From Chlamydiales bacterium (lineage in GTDB: Bacteria; Chlamydiota; Chlamydiia; Chlamydiales; JBDQID01), in assembly GCA_047611865.1 (NCBI GenBank), contig JBLFWS010000045.1, positions 1 through 21,626 on the forward strand: 21,626 nucleotides of DNA. The letters run 5' to 3'. A program made the position numbers and the translations under genes. Under the pieces are notes generated by a model, which was not told where the DNA came from, made no database searches, and saw nothing but the letters and a program-made list of their open reading frames with translations. Below are positions 7,700-17,282 of this stretch, in pieces; position 1 is the stretch's first letter; the number at the start of each line of letters is the position of its first letter.

Positions 7700-8199
7700 T
7701 AAACTATGCCTCTCATCTTCAAACTTTCTTCACGGTTTCTTAGGCTTGCTAGGGCTTTAAAAACTGCACGAACCTGGTTCATTGGGTTGTTCCCACCAAG
7801 GTTTTTTGCAACTATGTCTTTAATCCCAGCTAGTTCTAGTACTATACGCACTTTTGAACCAGCGATCACACCTGAACCGATAGGAGCGGGTTTTAATAAA
7901 AGTCTTACTCCACCTTCTTCAACGAGTACTTCGTGAGGAATGGAAGTTCCTTCTGTTTCAAAACCAACGAGACCTTTTCTTGCGTTCTCGGAGCTTTTAC
8001 GAATAGCTTCCGTAAGCTCATTTGCTTTGGCAAAGCCGTAGCCGACTTTTCCTTTGCCATCACCAACAACGATAAGTGCGGAAAAACTGAACTTACGTCC
8101 ACCTTTTACAACTTTCGCACAACGGTTGATGAAAAGAACCTTTTCCTCAAGACCATCGTTGCTCTTGTCAGACTTCTTTCCTTCAGTATACTTTGCCAT
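7699..8199 (-). CDS. rpsE: 30S ribosomal protein S5
   Basis: INRCAKVVKGGRKFSFSALIVVGDG, LELAGIKDI. Confidence 0.99.
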   Translation of the reverse strand: MAKYTEGKKSDKSNDGLEEKVLFINRCAKVVKGGRKFSFSALIVVGDGKGKVGYGFAKANELTEAIRKSSENARKGLVGFETEGTSIPHEVLVEEGGVRLLLKPAPIGSGVIAGSKVRIVLELAGIKDIVAKNLGGNNPMNQVRAVFKALASLRNREESLKMRGIV

Positions 8200-8220
8200 T
8201 TCTGAGCCTATACGCTAAAT

Positions 8221-8592
8221 TTAAAATTGTAACCCTGCGGAGCGTGCTCCATCAGCCAATTCGGACACGATGCCTGTATACTTGGCAGCGCCACGGTCAA
8301 AAATAACCTTTTGGATGTCCTTTCCCTTAGCAATAGCACCGATGTGCTCACCAATCTGGCGAGCTACACTGACGTTTTTATTATTACCGTCAGCTTTTCG
8401 GAATTCCTTGGCTATTGTAGAAATACTTCCTAGGGTTACTCCATTTTCGTCATCAATCAATTGAGCATAAATCCCAGTGTTTGATTTGACAACGCAAAGT
8501 CTTGGCTTCTGGCTATCCCCACGCAGGTTTTTACGGACTTTCATAGTCCTCTTGAAACGCTTAATTCGATTTTTCTTCAGGGTATTATTCAT
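8221..8592 (-). CDS. rplR: 50S ribosomal protein L18
   Basis: PRLCVVKSN, IYAQLIDD, FDRG, ARSAGLQF. Confidence 0.98.
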   Translation of the reverse strand: MNNTLKKNRIKRFKRTMKVRKNLRGDSQKPRLCVVKSNTGIYAQLIDDENGVTLGSISTIAKEFRKADGNNKNVSVARQIGEHIGAIAKGKDIQKVIFDRGAAKYTGIVSELADGARSAGLQF

Positions 8593-8619
8593 AGCCTTTC
8601 CTTGTGACTTTATAGCCTA

Positions 8620-9159
8620 TTACGACTTAGCAGTTTTACCAGCTTTACGACGAACATACTCACCACGATAGCGAATACCTTTGCCTTTGTAAGGTTCTGG
8701 AGGACGTTTTGCACGAATTTCTGCTGCAAATTGTCCAACTTTCTGCTTATCAATTCCCGTTAGGGTTAATACAGTGTTTTTCTCAACTTTGATTTCAATT
8801 CCATCAGGAATATCCATTAAAGTTGGATGTGAAAATCCTACTTGTACGTCAAGTTGTCTACCTTTTACAGCAGCACGATATCCAACACCTTGCATTTCCA
8901 GGACTTTTTCAAATCCGTTCGTCGTACCTGCAACCATGTTATTGATCAAGGCACGGTGCAAGCCGTGAAATTTAGAATTATCACTGTCATCGCCAATCAG
9001 GTTCACTGTTAAAACTTCTGCTTCAATAGTTACGTCTACGCAATCCATCAATTCAAGTTCGAGCGATCCCTTAGGGCCTTTAACTGTTAACAGTTTTCCC
9101 ACAAGCTTAGCTTCACTACCCTTAGGTAGTACAATGGGTTCTTTTCCTATCCTAGACAT
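8620..9159 (-). CDS. rplF: 50S ribosomal protein L6
   Basis: MSRIGK, GVGYRA, RPPEPYKGKGIRY. Confidence 0.99.
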   Translation of the reverse strand: MSRIGKEPIVLPKGSEAKLVGKLLTVKGPKGSLELELMDCVDVTIEAEVLTVNLIGDDSDNSKFHGLHRALINNMVAGTTNGFEKVLEMQGVGYRAAVKGRQLDVQVGFSHPTLMDIPDGIEIKVEKNTVLTLTGIDKQKVGQFAAEIRAKRPPEPYKGKGIRYRGEYVRRKAGKTAKS

Positions 9160-9177
9160 CTGTCATTGCTCCTTTGA

Positions 9178-9576
9178 CTACCAGACGTAACAGAGAAGTT
9201 CTCCACCAATCTTCTTCTTTCTCGCTGAGATGCCGTCCATAATCCCTTGGGATGTGGATAACACTGCTATTCCCATGCCACCAAGGACACGCGGAATTTC
9301 ATGGTGCTTAACATAACGTCTACAGCTTGGCTTTGAGATACGCTTCAGTCCATGAATAACGGATTTTCTTCCGTCAGCATATTTAATGAATACGCGTACA
9401 CAGCCTTGATCTTTATCTTTGCGAACCAAAAAGTCTTGAATAAACCCTTGATCTTTAAGAAGCTGTATAACACTCAACTTTACGTTGCTCAAAGGTACAT
9501 CAACATAACGGTGTTCTTGCTTACACCCATTACGAATTCTGGTTAACATATCAGCGATTGAATCACTTGGTCTCAT
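9178..9576 (-). CDS. rpsH: 30S ribosomal protein S8
   Basis: IADMLTRIRN, ISKPS, STSQGIM, GGELLCYVW. Confidence 0.99.
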   Translation of the reverse strand: MRPSDSIADMLTRIRNGCKQEHRYVDVPLSNVKLSVIQLLKDQGFIQDFLVRKDKDQGCVRVFIKYADGRKSVIHGLKRISKPSCRRYVKHHEIPRVLGGMGIAVLSTSQGIMDGISARKKKIGGELLCYVW

Positions 9577-9597
9577 GGAATCTCTCCATCCTATAAC

Positions 9598-10134
9598 TTA
9601 CTTTTTAAAAGGAATCCCTAACAATGATAATAGCTCAAGGCCTTCAGCATCAGTATTTGCACTTGTTACAAATGTGATGTTCATTCCTTGTGTGCGTTTT
9701 ACATCGTCAAGATTGATCTCAGGAAAAATTTGTTGGTCATCAATACCGAGAGTATAGTTTCCACTTCCGTCCAACTTCAAAGGAAAACCTCTAAAGTCAC
9801 GAATCCGAGGACTCACAATATTATTGAAACGATAGAGAAAATCCATCATTCTTTTTTTCCGTAAGGTAACCTTGAGCCCAATAGGTTGTCCTTCTCTGAG
9901 CTTAAAGTTAGAGATCGATTTTTTTGCATTCATTGTCACAGGCTTTTGCCCGGAAATCAAGGATATTTCATTAATACAATCTTGGATTGCATTTTTGTCC
10001 TTAGTTACTTCTGCAATACCCATGTTGATAACTATTTTATCAAGCTTAGGAATATCCATTGAGTTTTTATACTCAAACTTCTCTTGCAGAGCAGCCTTGA
10101 CTTCTTCTTTATATTTTTTTTGTAATACAGTCAT
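9598..10134 (-). CDS. rplE: 50S ribosomal protein L5
   Basis: [33 protein letters not shown]. Confidence 0.99.
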   Translation of the reverse strand: MTVLQKKYKEEVKAALQEKFEYKNSMDIPKLDKIVINMGIAEVTKDKNAIQDCINEISLISGQKPVTMNAKKSISNFKLREGQPIGLKVTLRKKRMMDFLYRFNNIVSPRIRDFRGFPLKLDGSGNYTLGIDDQQIFPEINLDDVKRTQGMNITFVTSANTDAEGLELLSLLGIPFKK

Positions 10135-10152
10135 GGTTCACTTCACCCCTAC

Positions 10153-10470
10153 TTATTTCACTGAACGGTGAGTTACGGCTTTGTCTCCGTCCATATAGTA
10201 TAGTTCACGCTCGCCTGAATCGTTTTCACGAATCTTTAATTTCACAGGCTTGCCTTCACTATTACAAACTCTTACGTTTGAAACATGGATGGGACTTTCA
10301 ATTTCTATGATCTGCCCTTTTTGGTTACGTTGAGCTTTAACATGTTTCTTACGAACATTTAAACCCTGTACCAAGACACGATCTTTATCTAAAGATATTA
10401 CGGAACCAGTACGGCCTTTTTCATTACCTGAAATTGCCATTACCTGGTCGCCTTTTCTAATCTTGCTCAT
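10153..10470 (-). CDS. rplX: 50S ribosomal protein L24
   Basis: IRKGDQV..ISGNEKG KOW motif, ESPIHVSNV. Confidence 0.98.
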   Translation of the reverse strand: MSKIRKGDQVMAISGNEKGRTGSVISLDKDRVLVQGLNVRKKHVKAQRNQKGQIIEIESPIHVSNVRVCNSEGKPVKLKIRENDSGERELYYMDGDKAVTHRSVK

Positions 10471-10488
10471 TTTATATTACCTTGTTCA

Positions 10489-10854
10489 TTATATGACTTC
10501 GGGGGCTAAGGAACATATTTTGATGTATCCTCGATCTCTCAACTCTCGAGTAACCGAACCAAAAATACGAGTACCTTTTGGGTTGCCCTTTTCATCGATG
10601 ATGACACAAGCATTATCATCAAACTTCAGCTCGCCATCGCCTCGGCGTACACACTTTTTTGTTCTGACAATAACAGCTTTAACAACTGAGCCTTTCTTAA
10701 CTTGAGACTCAGGTTTCGCCTTCTTAACAGAACATACAATCACATCACCGACGTGGGCATAGCGGCGTTTGGAGCCTTTGAGTACCTTGATACACTTAAC
10801 GCGTTCAGCGCCTGAGTTATCCGCTACTACGAGCTCACTTTCTTGTTGAATCAT
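10489..10854 (-). CDS. rplN: 50S ribosomal protein L14
   Basis: MIQ, VADNSGA, FDDNACV, GTRIFG, SLAPEVI. Confidence 0.99.
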   Translation of the reverse strand: MIQQESELVVADNSGAERVKCIKVLKGSKRRYAHVGDVIVCSVKKAKPESQVKKGSVVKAVIVRTKKCVRRGDGELKFDDNACVIIDEKGNPKGTRIFGSVTRELRDRGYIKICSLAPEVI

Positions 10855-10879
10855 GATGAATGTACTCCTATATGCCTAA

Positions 10880-11125
10880 TTATTTTACCACGCACCAGCG
10901 CTTAAGCTTGGAGAGTGGTCTAATTTCCATAATGGAAACTTCGGCACCTTCTATCAGCTCATTGGATTCATCATGTGCGTAATACTTGCGTGATCTAACG
11001 ATCACTTTTTCGTATTGTTGGTGACGAATTTTCCTATCCACGCGAACAACAACTGTTTTGTCCATTTTGGAGGAGACTACGACACCAGTCTTAATTTTAC
11101 GTTTCGTTTTCAGTTGATTTTCCAT
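10880..11125 (-). CDS. rpsQ: 30S ribosomal protein S17
   Basis: [27 protein letters not shown]. Start moved to the ATG at 11125 (SD GAGG; avoids overlap with rpmC). Confidence 0.97.
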   Translation of the reverse strand: MENQLKTKRKIKTGVVVSSKMDKTVVVRVDRKIRHQQYEKVIVRSRKYYAHDESNELIEGAEVSIMEIRPLSKLKRWCVVK

Positions 11126-11132
11126 TAGGACC

Positions 11133-11333
11133 TCAAGCTGACAATTGTTTTTCACGCAATACTGTCAGTACACGTGCGATATTCTTTTTTGTTTCGCGCA
11201 ACATATGTGGCTCATCCAACTTTTTTTCTAAGCTTTGCTGATTTCTCTGAACAAAAACTTTTTTGTTTAAGTCCACATATAATGCTTCTAACTCTTCTGG
11301 GGACTGATCCCTAAATTCTTGTGCTTTCGCCAT
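11133..11333 (-). CDS. rpmC: 50S ribosomal protein L29
   Basis: 66 aa between rplP and rps[11 protein letters not shown] motif. Confidence 0.95.
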   Translation of the reverse strand: MAKAQEFRDQSPEELEALYVDLNKKVFVQRNQQSLEKKLDEPHMLRETKKNIARVLTVLREKQLSA

Positions 11334-11336
11334 GAT

Positions 11337-11756
11337 CTAAACTCTCTCTAGTCTGTCTACAAAACGGGTTTTCAGGGGTAGTTTTGCTGCTGCACGAGCA
11401 AGACCTTCTCTGGCCATCTCTCTGGTAACGCTTCCTACTTCAAATAGAACTCTACCAGGACGTACTACAGCAACCCAATGACTTGGGGCACCTTTACCTT
11501 TACCCATACGAACTTCCGCAGGCTTCTTAGAAATTGGCTTATCTGGGAAAACTTTAATCCAAACTTTTCCACGACGGCTGAAATATCTATTAATCGCTAC
11601 CCTGCAAGCTTCAATTTGCTGATTAGTAAGACGGCCTCTATCGAGAACCTGCATACCAAAATCACCAAATTCAACAAAATTACCACCCTTGCTCAATCCG
11701 GCATGTTGGCCTTTTTGCTGCTTGCGGTGCTTAGGTTTCTTTGGCATTAGAGACAT
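11337..11756 (-). CDS. rplP: 50S ribosomal protein L16
   Basis: [32 protein letters not shown]. Confidence 0.99.
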   Translation of the reverse strand: MSLMPKKPKHRKQQKGQHAGLSKGGNFVEFGDFGMQVLDRGRLTNQQIEACRVAINRYFSRRGKVWIKVFPDKPISKKPAEVRMGKGKGAPSHWVAVVRPGRVLFEVGSVTREMAREGLARAAAKLPLKTRFVDRLERV

Positions 11757-11758
11757 GG

Positions 11759-12403
11759 TTAAACTCCAGCTTTTACAGTTTTCGTTTCACCGCGATTGAT
11801 CCAGACTTTTACACCGATTGCTCCGTATGTGGTCTGTGATCTAGCTGTGCCGTAATTAATATCAGCTCTAAGAGTATGCAAAGGAGTTTGACCTTCTTTG
11901 TACCATTCAGCTCTAGCAATTTCTGCACCGCCTAAACGTCCTGAAACCTGAATTTTAATTCCAACTGCACCAGCATCCATTGTGCTTTGCAGTGCTTTTT
12001 TCATAGCACGTCGGAAAGCAACTCTGCGCTCCAATTGTCTTGCGATATTTTCAGCAACTAGCATTGCATCAAGATCGGGTCTTTTAATTTCTTCGACTTC
12101 GATCCAAACTTCTTTTCCAGTCAGCTTGCTCAATTCTTTCTTTAGAGTTTCAATCTCCGCACCCTTCTTGCCAATTACGAGACCTGGACGGGCGGTGTGT
12201 ATTGTTATCTCTACTTTTTCACTCATTCGGCGAATCGTAATTTCAGATGCTCCCTGGCAGGAAGATTTTTTCCTGAGGTGCATGCGAATTTTAGCATCTT
12301 CGCCAATAAGATTTCCAAACTCTAACTTGTTTGCATACCAAATGGATTGCCAATCTTTTTTAACAGCGAGGCGGAATCCCTTCGGAGAAACTTTCTGACC
12401 CAT
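11759..12403 (-). CDS. rpsC: 30S ribosomal protein S3
   Basis: [35 protein letters not shown]. Confidence 0.99.
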   Translation of the reverse strand: MGQKVSPKGFRLAVKKDWQSIWYANKLEFGNLIGEDAKIRMHLRKKSSCQGASEITIRRMSEKVEITIHTARPGLVIGKKGAEIETLKKELSKLTGKEVWIEVEEIKRPDLDAMLVAENIARQLERRVAFRRAMKKALQSTMDAGAVGIKIQVSGRLGGAEIARAEWYKEGQTPLHTLRADINYGTARSQTTYGAIGVKVWINRGETKTVKAGV

Positions 12404-12414
12404 TACTTCACTCC

Positions 12415-12750
12415 TTATTCACAGCCAACGACGACTGTAAAGTGACTGGTTCTTTTCAATATTGGTACACGTCCACCGCGGTTTTTGGGTTTCGCACGCT
12501 TAAGGGTTGGCCCTTCATCGACACGAACTTCCATGACCTTTAAATCTTCACGTCTAGCATCAAGATTTACTTCCGCATTAGCCACAGCACTGTCTAAAGT
12601 CTTCTTCAGAAGTTTACCACCTTTTAGGGTGCTATACTGAAGTTGAATACTGGCGTCTGTTACCGTTTGGTTGCGGATTAGTGCCGCTGCATAACGCGCT
12701 TTGCGTGGACTAATACGTACGTATTTTGTTACAGCTCTAGTTTTGCGCAT
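12415..12750 (-). CDS. rplV: 50S ribosomal protein L22
   Basis: [29 protein letters not shown]. Confidence 0.99.
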   Translation of the reverse strand: MRKTRAVTKYVRISPRKARYAAALIRNQTVTDASIQLQYSTLKGGKLLKKTLDSAVANAEVNLDARREDLKVMEVRVDEGPTLKRAKPKNRGGRVPILKRTSHFTVVVGCE

Positions 12751-12762
12751 AAAATGGTTTCC

Positions 12763-13026
12763 TTATTTCTTAACTGGGTGACCTTTAAAAAGGCGTGTAG
12801 GAGAAAACTCGCCCAGTCTATGTCCAACCATGTTTTCTGATACAAATACTGATATAAATTTGCGTCCATTATGCACATCGAAGGAATGTCCAACCATATC
12901 TGGAATGATCATGGAACGACGGGACCAAGTTTTAATTGGTTTTTTAGTACCTTCTTCATTTTGTTTGAGTACTTTACTCAACAAGTGATGGTCAACAAAA
13001 GGACCTTTTTTCAACGACCTGGCCAT
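12763..13026 (-). CDS. rpsS: 30S ribosomal protein S19
   Basis: [31 protein letters not shown]. Confidence 0.99.
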   Translation of the reverse strand: MARSLKKGPFVDHHLLSKVLKQNEEGTKKPIKTWSRRSMIIPDMVGHSFDVHNGRKFISVFVSENMVGHRLGEFSPTRLFKGHPVKK

Positions 13027-13028
13027 AT

Positions 13029-13871
13029 CTACTTCCTGCGATCTTTGACTATGAGTTTAGTGGATTTCTTCTTCGCTCTTGTGCGATAGCCTTTAGTTTG
13101 CATTGCCCATGGAGTTTGGGGAACGTAACCATTGTGCCTTCCTTCTCCACCACCGTGCGGGTGATCACAAGGGTTCATGGCAGTACCACGAACTGTAGGG
13201 CGAATACCTTTCCAGCGATTACGTCCTGCTTTACCTTCAACCCTAAGATTGTGTTCGGAATTCGAAACTGTTCCGTAAGTAGCGCGGCAATTTTCATTTA
13301 CCATGCGAACTTCACCAGAAGGCATTTTCAGTGTTGCATATCCTTCACTACGAGCCATCAGCTGAGCTGATAAACCTGCAGAACGGACAAACTTCCCACC
13401 ACGACCAGGCAACATTTCAATGTTGTGGATAATGGATCCAAGAGGCATATCTTTAAGGGACTTACAGCAACCAACTTTGTAGGGTGCATCAGGTCCACTA
13501 GAGATAGTTACTCCAGCTTCCAAACCTTTCGGAGCGATGATATAGCGTTTTTCTCCATCCACATAGAATAGCAAGGCAATATGAGCAGTTCTGTTAGGAT
13601 CGTATTCTATAGAAGCTACCTTTGCTGGGATGTTGTCTTTATCACGCTTAAAGTCAATTATTCTATAGTGCCGCTTGTGTCCACCGCCGCGGTGACGACA
13701 AGTGATGTGACCTTTGTTGTTGCGGCCGTTCGTACGAGTCTTCGTAAGCAGCAACCCTTTAGTCGGCTTTACTTGCGCTTTAGTCGTAGTATTCTTCCTG
13801 GTCAATTCATCTTTGCAAGGAAGAACTAGCTGGCGCATGCTCGGTGTAATTGGACGAAATTTCTTAGGCAT
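13029..13871 (-). CDS. rplB: 50S ribosomal protein L2
   Basis: [34 protein letters not shown]. Confidence 0.99.
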   Translation of the reverse strand: MPKKFRPITPSMRQLVLPCKDELTRKNTTTKAQVKPTKGLLLTKTRTNGRNNKGHITCRHRGGGHKRHYRIIDFKRDKDNIPAKVASIEYDPNRTAHIALLFYVDGEKRYIIAPKGLEAGVTISSGPDAPYKVGCCKSLKDMPLGSIIHNIEMLPGRGGKFVRSAGLSAQLMARSEGYATLKMPSGEVRMVNENCRATYGTVSNSEHNLRVEGKAGRNRWKGIRPTVRGTAMNPCDHPHGGGEGRHNGYVPQTPWAMQTKGYRTRAKKKSTKLIVKDRRK

Positions 13872-13891
13872 TTTAATTCAACCCTGTCCCA

Positions 13892-14239
13892 TTAAATGTT
13901 ATCAATCGTGTCGCCTTTTTCCATGGTAACAATGGCTTTCTTGAAAGCCTTTGTTTTCCCTGGTCTGCCGCGGCGACGCTTTGCTTTGGGCTTAACGTTA
14001 ATTGTATTCACAGCAACAACTTTAACGTTTTGCTCGCTGTAAATTTCTTCAACAGCACTAGCAATTTCAATTTTGTTTGCCTTGGTATCGACAATAAAAA
14101 CGTATTTAGGCAATTCACAACGCTTAACGCAGCGATTGCTTTCAGAGTCTTTCAATCCTTCAAGGACAGTACATTTTTCTGTCGCGTATCGGGAAAGAAC
14201 AACTGAATAAGGGTTATTACCTGTATCATTCTTGCTCAT
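13892..14239 (-). CDS. rplW: 50S ribosomal protein L23
   Basis: TEK, ANKIEI, VNTIN, KKAIVT. Start moved to the ATG at 14239 (SD AGGA), just after the rplD stop. Confidence 0.95.
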   Translation of the reverse strand: MSKNDTGNNPYSVVLSRYATEKCTVLEGLKDSESNRCVKRCELPKYVFIVDTKANKIEIASAVEEIYSEQNVKVVAVNTINVKPKAKRRRGRPGKTKAFKKAIVTMEKGDTIDNI

Positions 14240-14249
14240 ATCTACTATC

Positions 14250-14939
14250 CTATTGTCGTTCCAGCCAGGATTTGAGTTCTGGCAGCGCTTTTTCTGTGAT
14301 AACAATATTCCGTGCCCACGTAACATCGTAGCCACTTACGTTGCTGGCCAGAGAAAATGCCGTGTTTTGAATATTGCTTATGCTTTTAACGAAGTTATCG
14401 TGCTTATCGCTAGAAACAGTCACTCGCGTCACTTGTCCTTCGCCTTCTACTTCGTCGTACTGGGAATCACTGAGGAAAAGTATTTTTCCTTTCAGGTCCA
14501 GTGCTTTAATAAAGCCGGCTACAGTTTTTGTCTGTGGAGTTCCTAAAGTATCATCTTCAAGAATGATGGCATTACCATCTTTCATTTTCTCAGAGATTAA
14601 CTTTCGAATAGCCAGTCTTCTTTCTTTCTTATTGATTCGAACGTGCTGATCAAACTTTGGCCTAGGTCCGAAAACAACACCACCACCTCTAAACTGAGGA
14701 GATACGAGGCTACCCTGACGAGCACGGCCTAGTTTCTTCTGAGGATGCGGCTTCTTGTTTGTTGCCTTAACTTCAGCACGAGTCTTTGTGGATGCTGACC
14801 ATTGTCTTGCATTCGCGCGGACGGCTACGATGTAGTCCTTGATCATTTGGGGGTTTGCTTCAACATTAAGGAAAGTTTCCTCAATCGCAACATCTCCCAA
14901 CTGCTCGCCTTTCAGGTTGTATTTCTTTAGCGTACTCAC
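14250..14939 (-). CDS. rplD: 50S ribosomal protein L4 (GTG start)
   Basis: TKTRAEV, QKKLGRARQGS, RGGGVVFGPRP, INKKERRLA. Confidence 0.99.
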   Translation of the reverse strand: MSTLKKYNLKGEQLGDVAIEETFLNVEANPQMIKDYIVAVRANARQWSASTKTRAEVKATNKKPHPQKKLGRARQGSLVSPQFRGGGVVFGPRPKFDQHVRINKKERRLAIRKLISEKMKDGNAIILEDDTLGTPQTKTVAGFIKALDLKGKILFLSDSQYDEVEGEGQVTRVTVSSDKHDNFVKSISNIQNTAFSLASNVSGYDVTWARNIVITEKALPELKSWLERQ

Positions 14940-14955
14940 AGGGTCATCCTTTTAC

Positions 14956-15618
14956 TTAAATTTTCTTTACAGCTTTCGTGATCGTCACAAGGCTTCCCTT
15001 GCTGCCGGGCACGGCGCCCTTCAGGATAAGTAATCCTTTTTCCGCATCAACACGAAATACTCTAAGGCTTTGTATTGTTACCTTTTTATTTCCCATCTGG
15101 CTTGGCCTAGGGCCACCAGGTAAGCATCGTCCTGGAGTAGAACGCATTCCGGTCGAACCAGCATGTCTGTGAAATTTGGAACCGTGAGCGGCAGGACCAC
15201 CACTGAAACCATACTTCTTGATTACACCCTGATAACCTTTACCAATTGAAGTCGCGGAGACATCAACGAATTGGTCTTTACCAAATACGTTAGCGCCAAA
15301 TTCCTGACCTACTTCAAATTCCTCTACATTTTCCAAGCGAGATTCAGTAAGAAAGCGACGAGGTTCAACGCTTCCTTTAGCATAGTGCCCACGTAGAGGC
15401 TTGCTAACTCTTGCTTCTTGTCTACGAGGATCCTTTGCTGTCACCTTTTCAAAACCAGACTGAACAGCGGCATAACCATCTGTTGACTCTGTTTTAATCT
15501 GTGTAACAACATTCGGCTCTACTTCGATGACTGTACATGCTACTGCACGACCACTGTCGTCAAATAACTGTGTCATTCCACGTTTCTTACCCATTACTTT
15601 GAGCGTCTTGAGCGTCAT
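14956..15618 (-). CDS. rplC: 50S ribosomal protein L3
   Basis: GKKRGMTQ, DGYAAVQ, GKGYQG, HGS..HRHAGS, KGAVPG; SD AAGGA. Confidence 0.99.
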   Translation of the reverse strand: MTLKTLKVMGKKRGMTQLFDDSGRAVACTVIEVEPNVVTQIKTESTDGYAAVQSGFEKVTAKDPRRQEARVSKPLRGHYAKGSVEPRRFLTESRLENVEEFEVGQEFGANVFGKDQFVDVSATSIGKGYQGVIKKYGFSGGPAAHGSKFHRHAGSTGMRSTPGRCLPGGPRPSQMGNKKVTIQSLRVFRVDAEKGLLILKGAVPGSKGSLVTITKAVKKI

Positions 15619-15639
15619 AACTTTAATCCTTCCATTTGT

Positions 15640-15768
15640 TCGCTAGCACCTGCGTATTTAGGCAGGCTGGAGGTATCCAGGGCATTCCCTAATACGATCA
15701 AAAATGATAATGATTTTTAGCTTGAGTACTTTAAGTCTCGACTTTTGAATTCGATCAGTAAAGCTAAA
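15640..15768 (-). promoter_or_regulatory. Candidate structured 5' leader of the rplC operon
   Basis: Hairpins 15649-15666 and 15667-15680, alternative helix 15653-15662/15688-15696, upstream helix 15716-15723/15761-15768. Confidence 0.45.
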
Positions 15769-15774
15769 GAGGAT

Positions 15775-15804
15775 AGACTAGCAGAGCCCGATATTTTTTC
15801 ACAA
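15775..15804 (-). promoter_or_regulatory. Putative sigma66 promoter of the rplC operon
   Basis: TTGTGA (15804-15799), 18 nt, extended -10 TGC-TAGTCT (15780-15775), directly upstream of the structured leader. Confidence 0.45.
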
Positions 15805-16337
15805 TAGAAATCTTCAATTGATGCTAAAACATGAGTAAATATCGGTTTTATTGTAGTAAGTCTGACTTTCTTTTTAAGCATAATTCGTAAAAATCAATTT
15901 ATATGGTTTTTTTTGGCGTCTTTTACGGTATTATTTGGGTTTAAACCTGAAAATACCGTCAAATATTCCCATTTCTCTTTAAATTCCAAGCACCCCCTTT
16001 TTCTAAGTCGCTTATCGTAGGGCACCTAGTCTATATAAACAACTTTCCGTGTAGCTCAGATACCAGGAAAACAATTTAAGTCCTATTTTATTAACAAAAA
16101 ACAGAGTTATTTACAAACATTAACAATAAAACATAGTAAATAAATTAAAATTAACAATATTTAATTGTTTAAATATATTTTTTAACTGAACGTTACTTCT
16201 GCCAAATGAATAATTACCGAGATAACTATATCCTGGCCTTTTGAATAGACTCATTTATCGCAAAATCTAAAGACGGGTAATGAAAACGATGAACCTGAAT
16301 GCACGAGCAGTATAATCTTTTATTTAAAGACCAAAAT

Positions 16338-17282
16338 CTAGAAAATAAAGGAAAGGTCCTGAACCGAAAAGCCTCTGACAAACTCAGCTGCTTCCATGGC
16401 TTTTTTGCCTTCTAGCTGAAGCTCTAGTATATTTAGAGATTTTTCACCACATGCAACCACTAAGCCTTCACTTCCAAAATTCAGGATCTCACCAGCTTGT
16501 GACCCAGAGTCTTCATTTAGAAGCGTTTTTCGTATTTTCAAGCGTTTTTGCTTACCGCGGACTTTGATTTGACACCAAGCTCCCGGGCGAGGAGTGACTC
16601 CTCTCACCAGATTATGTAACTCCTGAGCCTTTCGATCCCAAATAAGTTCACAATCACTGGTTTCAATTTTTTTAGCATAAGTGGCCGAGTCATGATCTTG
16701 TGGCTGCCTTTCTACATCTCCCTTTTCAAAAGCACAGATCACCTCATACAAAGCTTCCGAACCAAGAGTACACAAGTTCTCCTCTAACTCCCCATAGGTC
16801 ATATTCTCCCCTACAGGAGTCTTCACCACTTTGATCATATCGCCCGCATCCATCTTTTTAGCCATATGCATAATGGTTATCCCCGATTCTAACTCCCCTT
16901 CCATAATACAACGCTGAATAGGAGCTGCACCTCTATATTTTGGAAGTACACTCCCATGAACGTTGATACACGCTATTTTTGGCATATCCAGGAGGTTTTG
17001 TCTGATAATCTCCCCAAAGGCCACAACTACAAACAAATCCGCATCAAGGGCTTGTATTAGGGCCGCAGCCTCAGGATCAGACGCCTTTGCCGGTTGGGAA
17101 ATCGGGATATCTAAGGATTGTTTAAGCACGGATTCTTTTACTGGACAAGGTGTTGGGGTTCCCGATCGGCCTTTCGGACGATCAGGCTGGGTTACCACTC
17201 CAACAATATTGACACCCTTACTTAAAAGGTAATCAAGGGTTTTTGCTGCAAATACAGGTGTTCCAAAATAGACTACTCTCAT
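16338..17282 (-). CDS. fmt: Methionyl-tRNA formyltransferase
   Basis: FGTP.FA, VTQPDRPKGR, NVHGSVLPKYRGAAPIQ, MDAGD, TYAKKI; start overlaps the lpxA stop (ATGA). Confidence 0.99.
   Translation of the reverse strand: MRVVYFGTPVFAAKTLDYLLSKGVNIVGVVTQPDRPKGRSGTPTPCPVKESVLKQSLDIPISQPAKASDPEAAALIQALDADLFVVVAFGEIIRQNLLDMPKIACINVHGSVLPKYRGAAPIQRCIMEGELESGITIMHMAKKMDAGDMIKVVKTPVGENMTYGELEENLCTLGSEALYEVICAFEKGDVERQPQDHDSATYAKKIETSDCELIWDRKAQELHNLVRGVTPRPGAWCQIKVRGKQKRLKIRKTLLNEDSGSQAGEILNFGSEGLVVACGEKSLNILELQLEGKKAMEAAEFVRGFSVQDLSFIF

Noticed and set aside
14240..14335. N-terminal extensions of L23 (start 14335) and S17 (start 11155) in the ORF track
   Set aside because: They overlap the upstream genes; downstream ATGs with SD sequences give normal lengths.
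15599..15616. 9-bp tandem TTGAGCGTC x2 at the rplC start
   Set aside because: A trivial in-frame duplication (TLK-TLK) in a variable N-terminus.
15795..16190. Replication origin (AT-rich tract plus DnaA-box matches TTTTTCACA at 15795-15803 and TTTTCCACA at 4792-4800)
   Set aside because: Only isolated boxes, gene orientation is the same on both sides, and no origin-associated genes are nearby.
16120..16254. 44-codon minus-strand ORF (MSLFKRPGYSY...MFYC)
   Set aside because: No SD, composition simply mirrors the AT-rich tract (N/F/I/K), and no recognisable motif.
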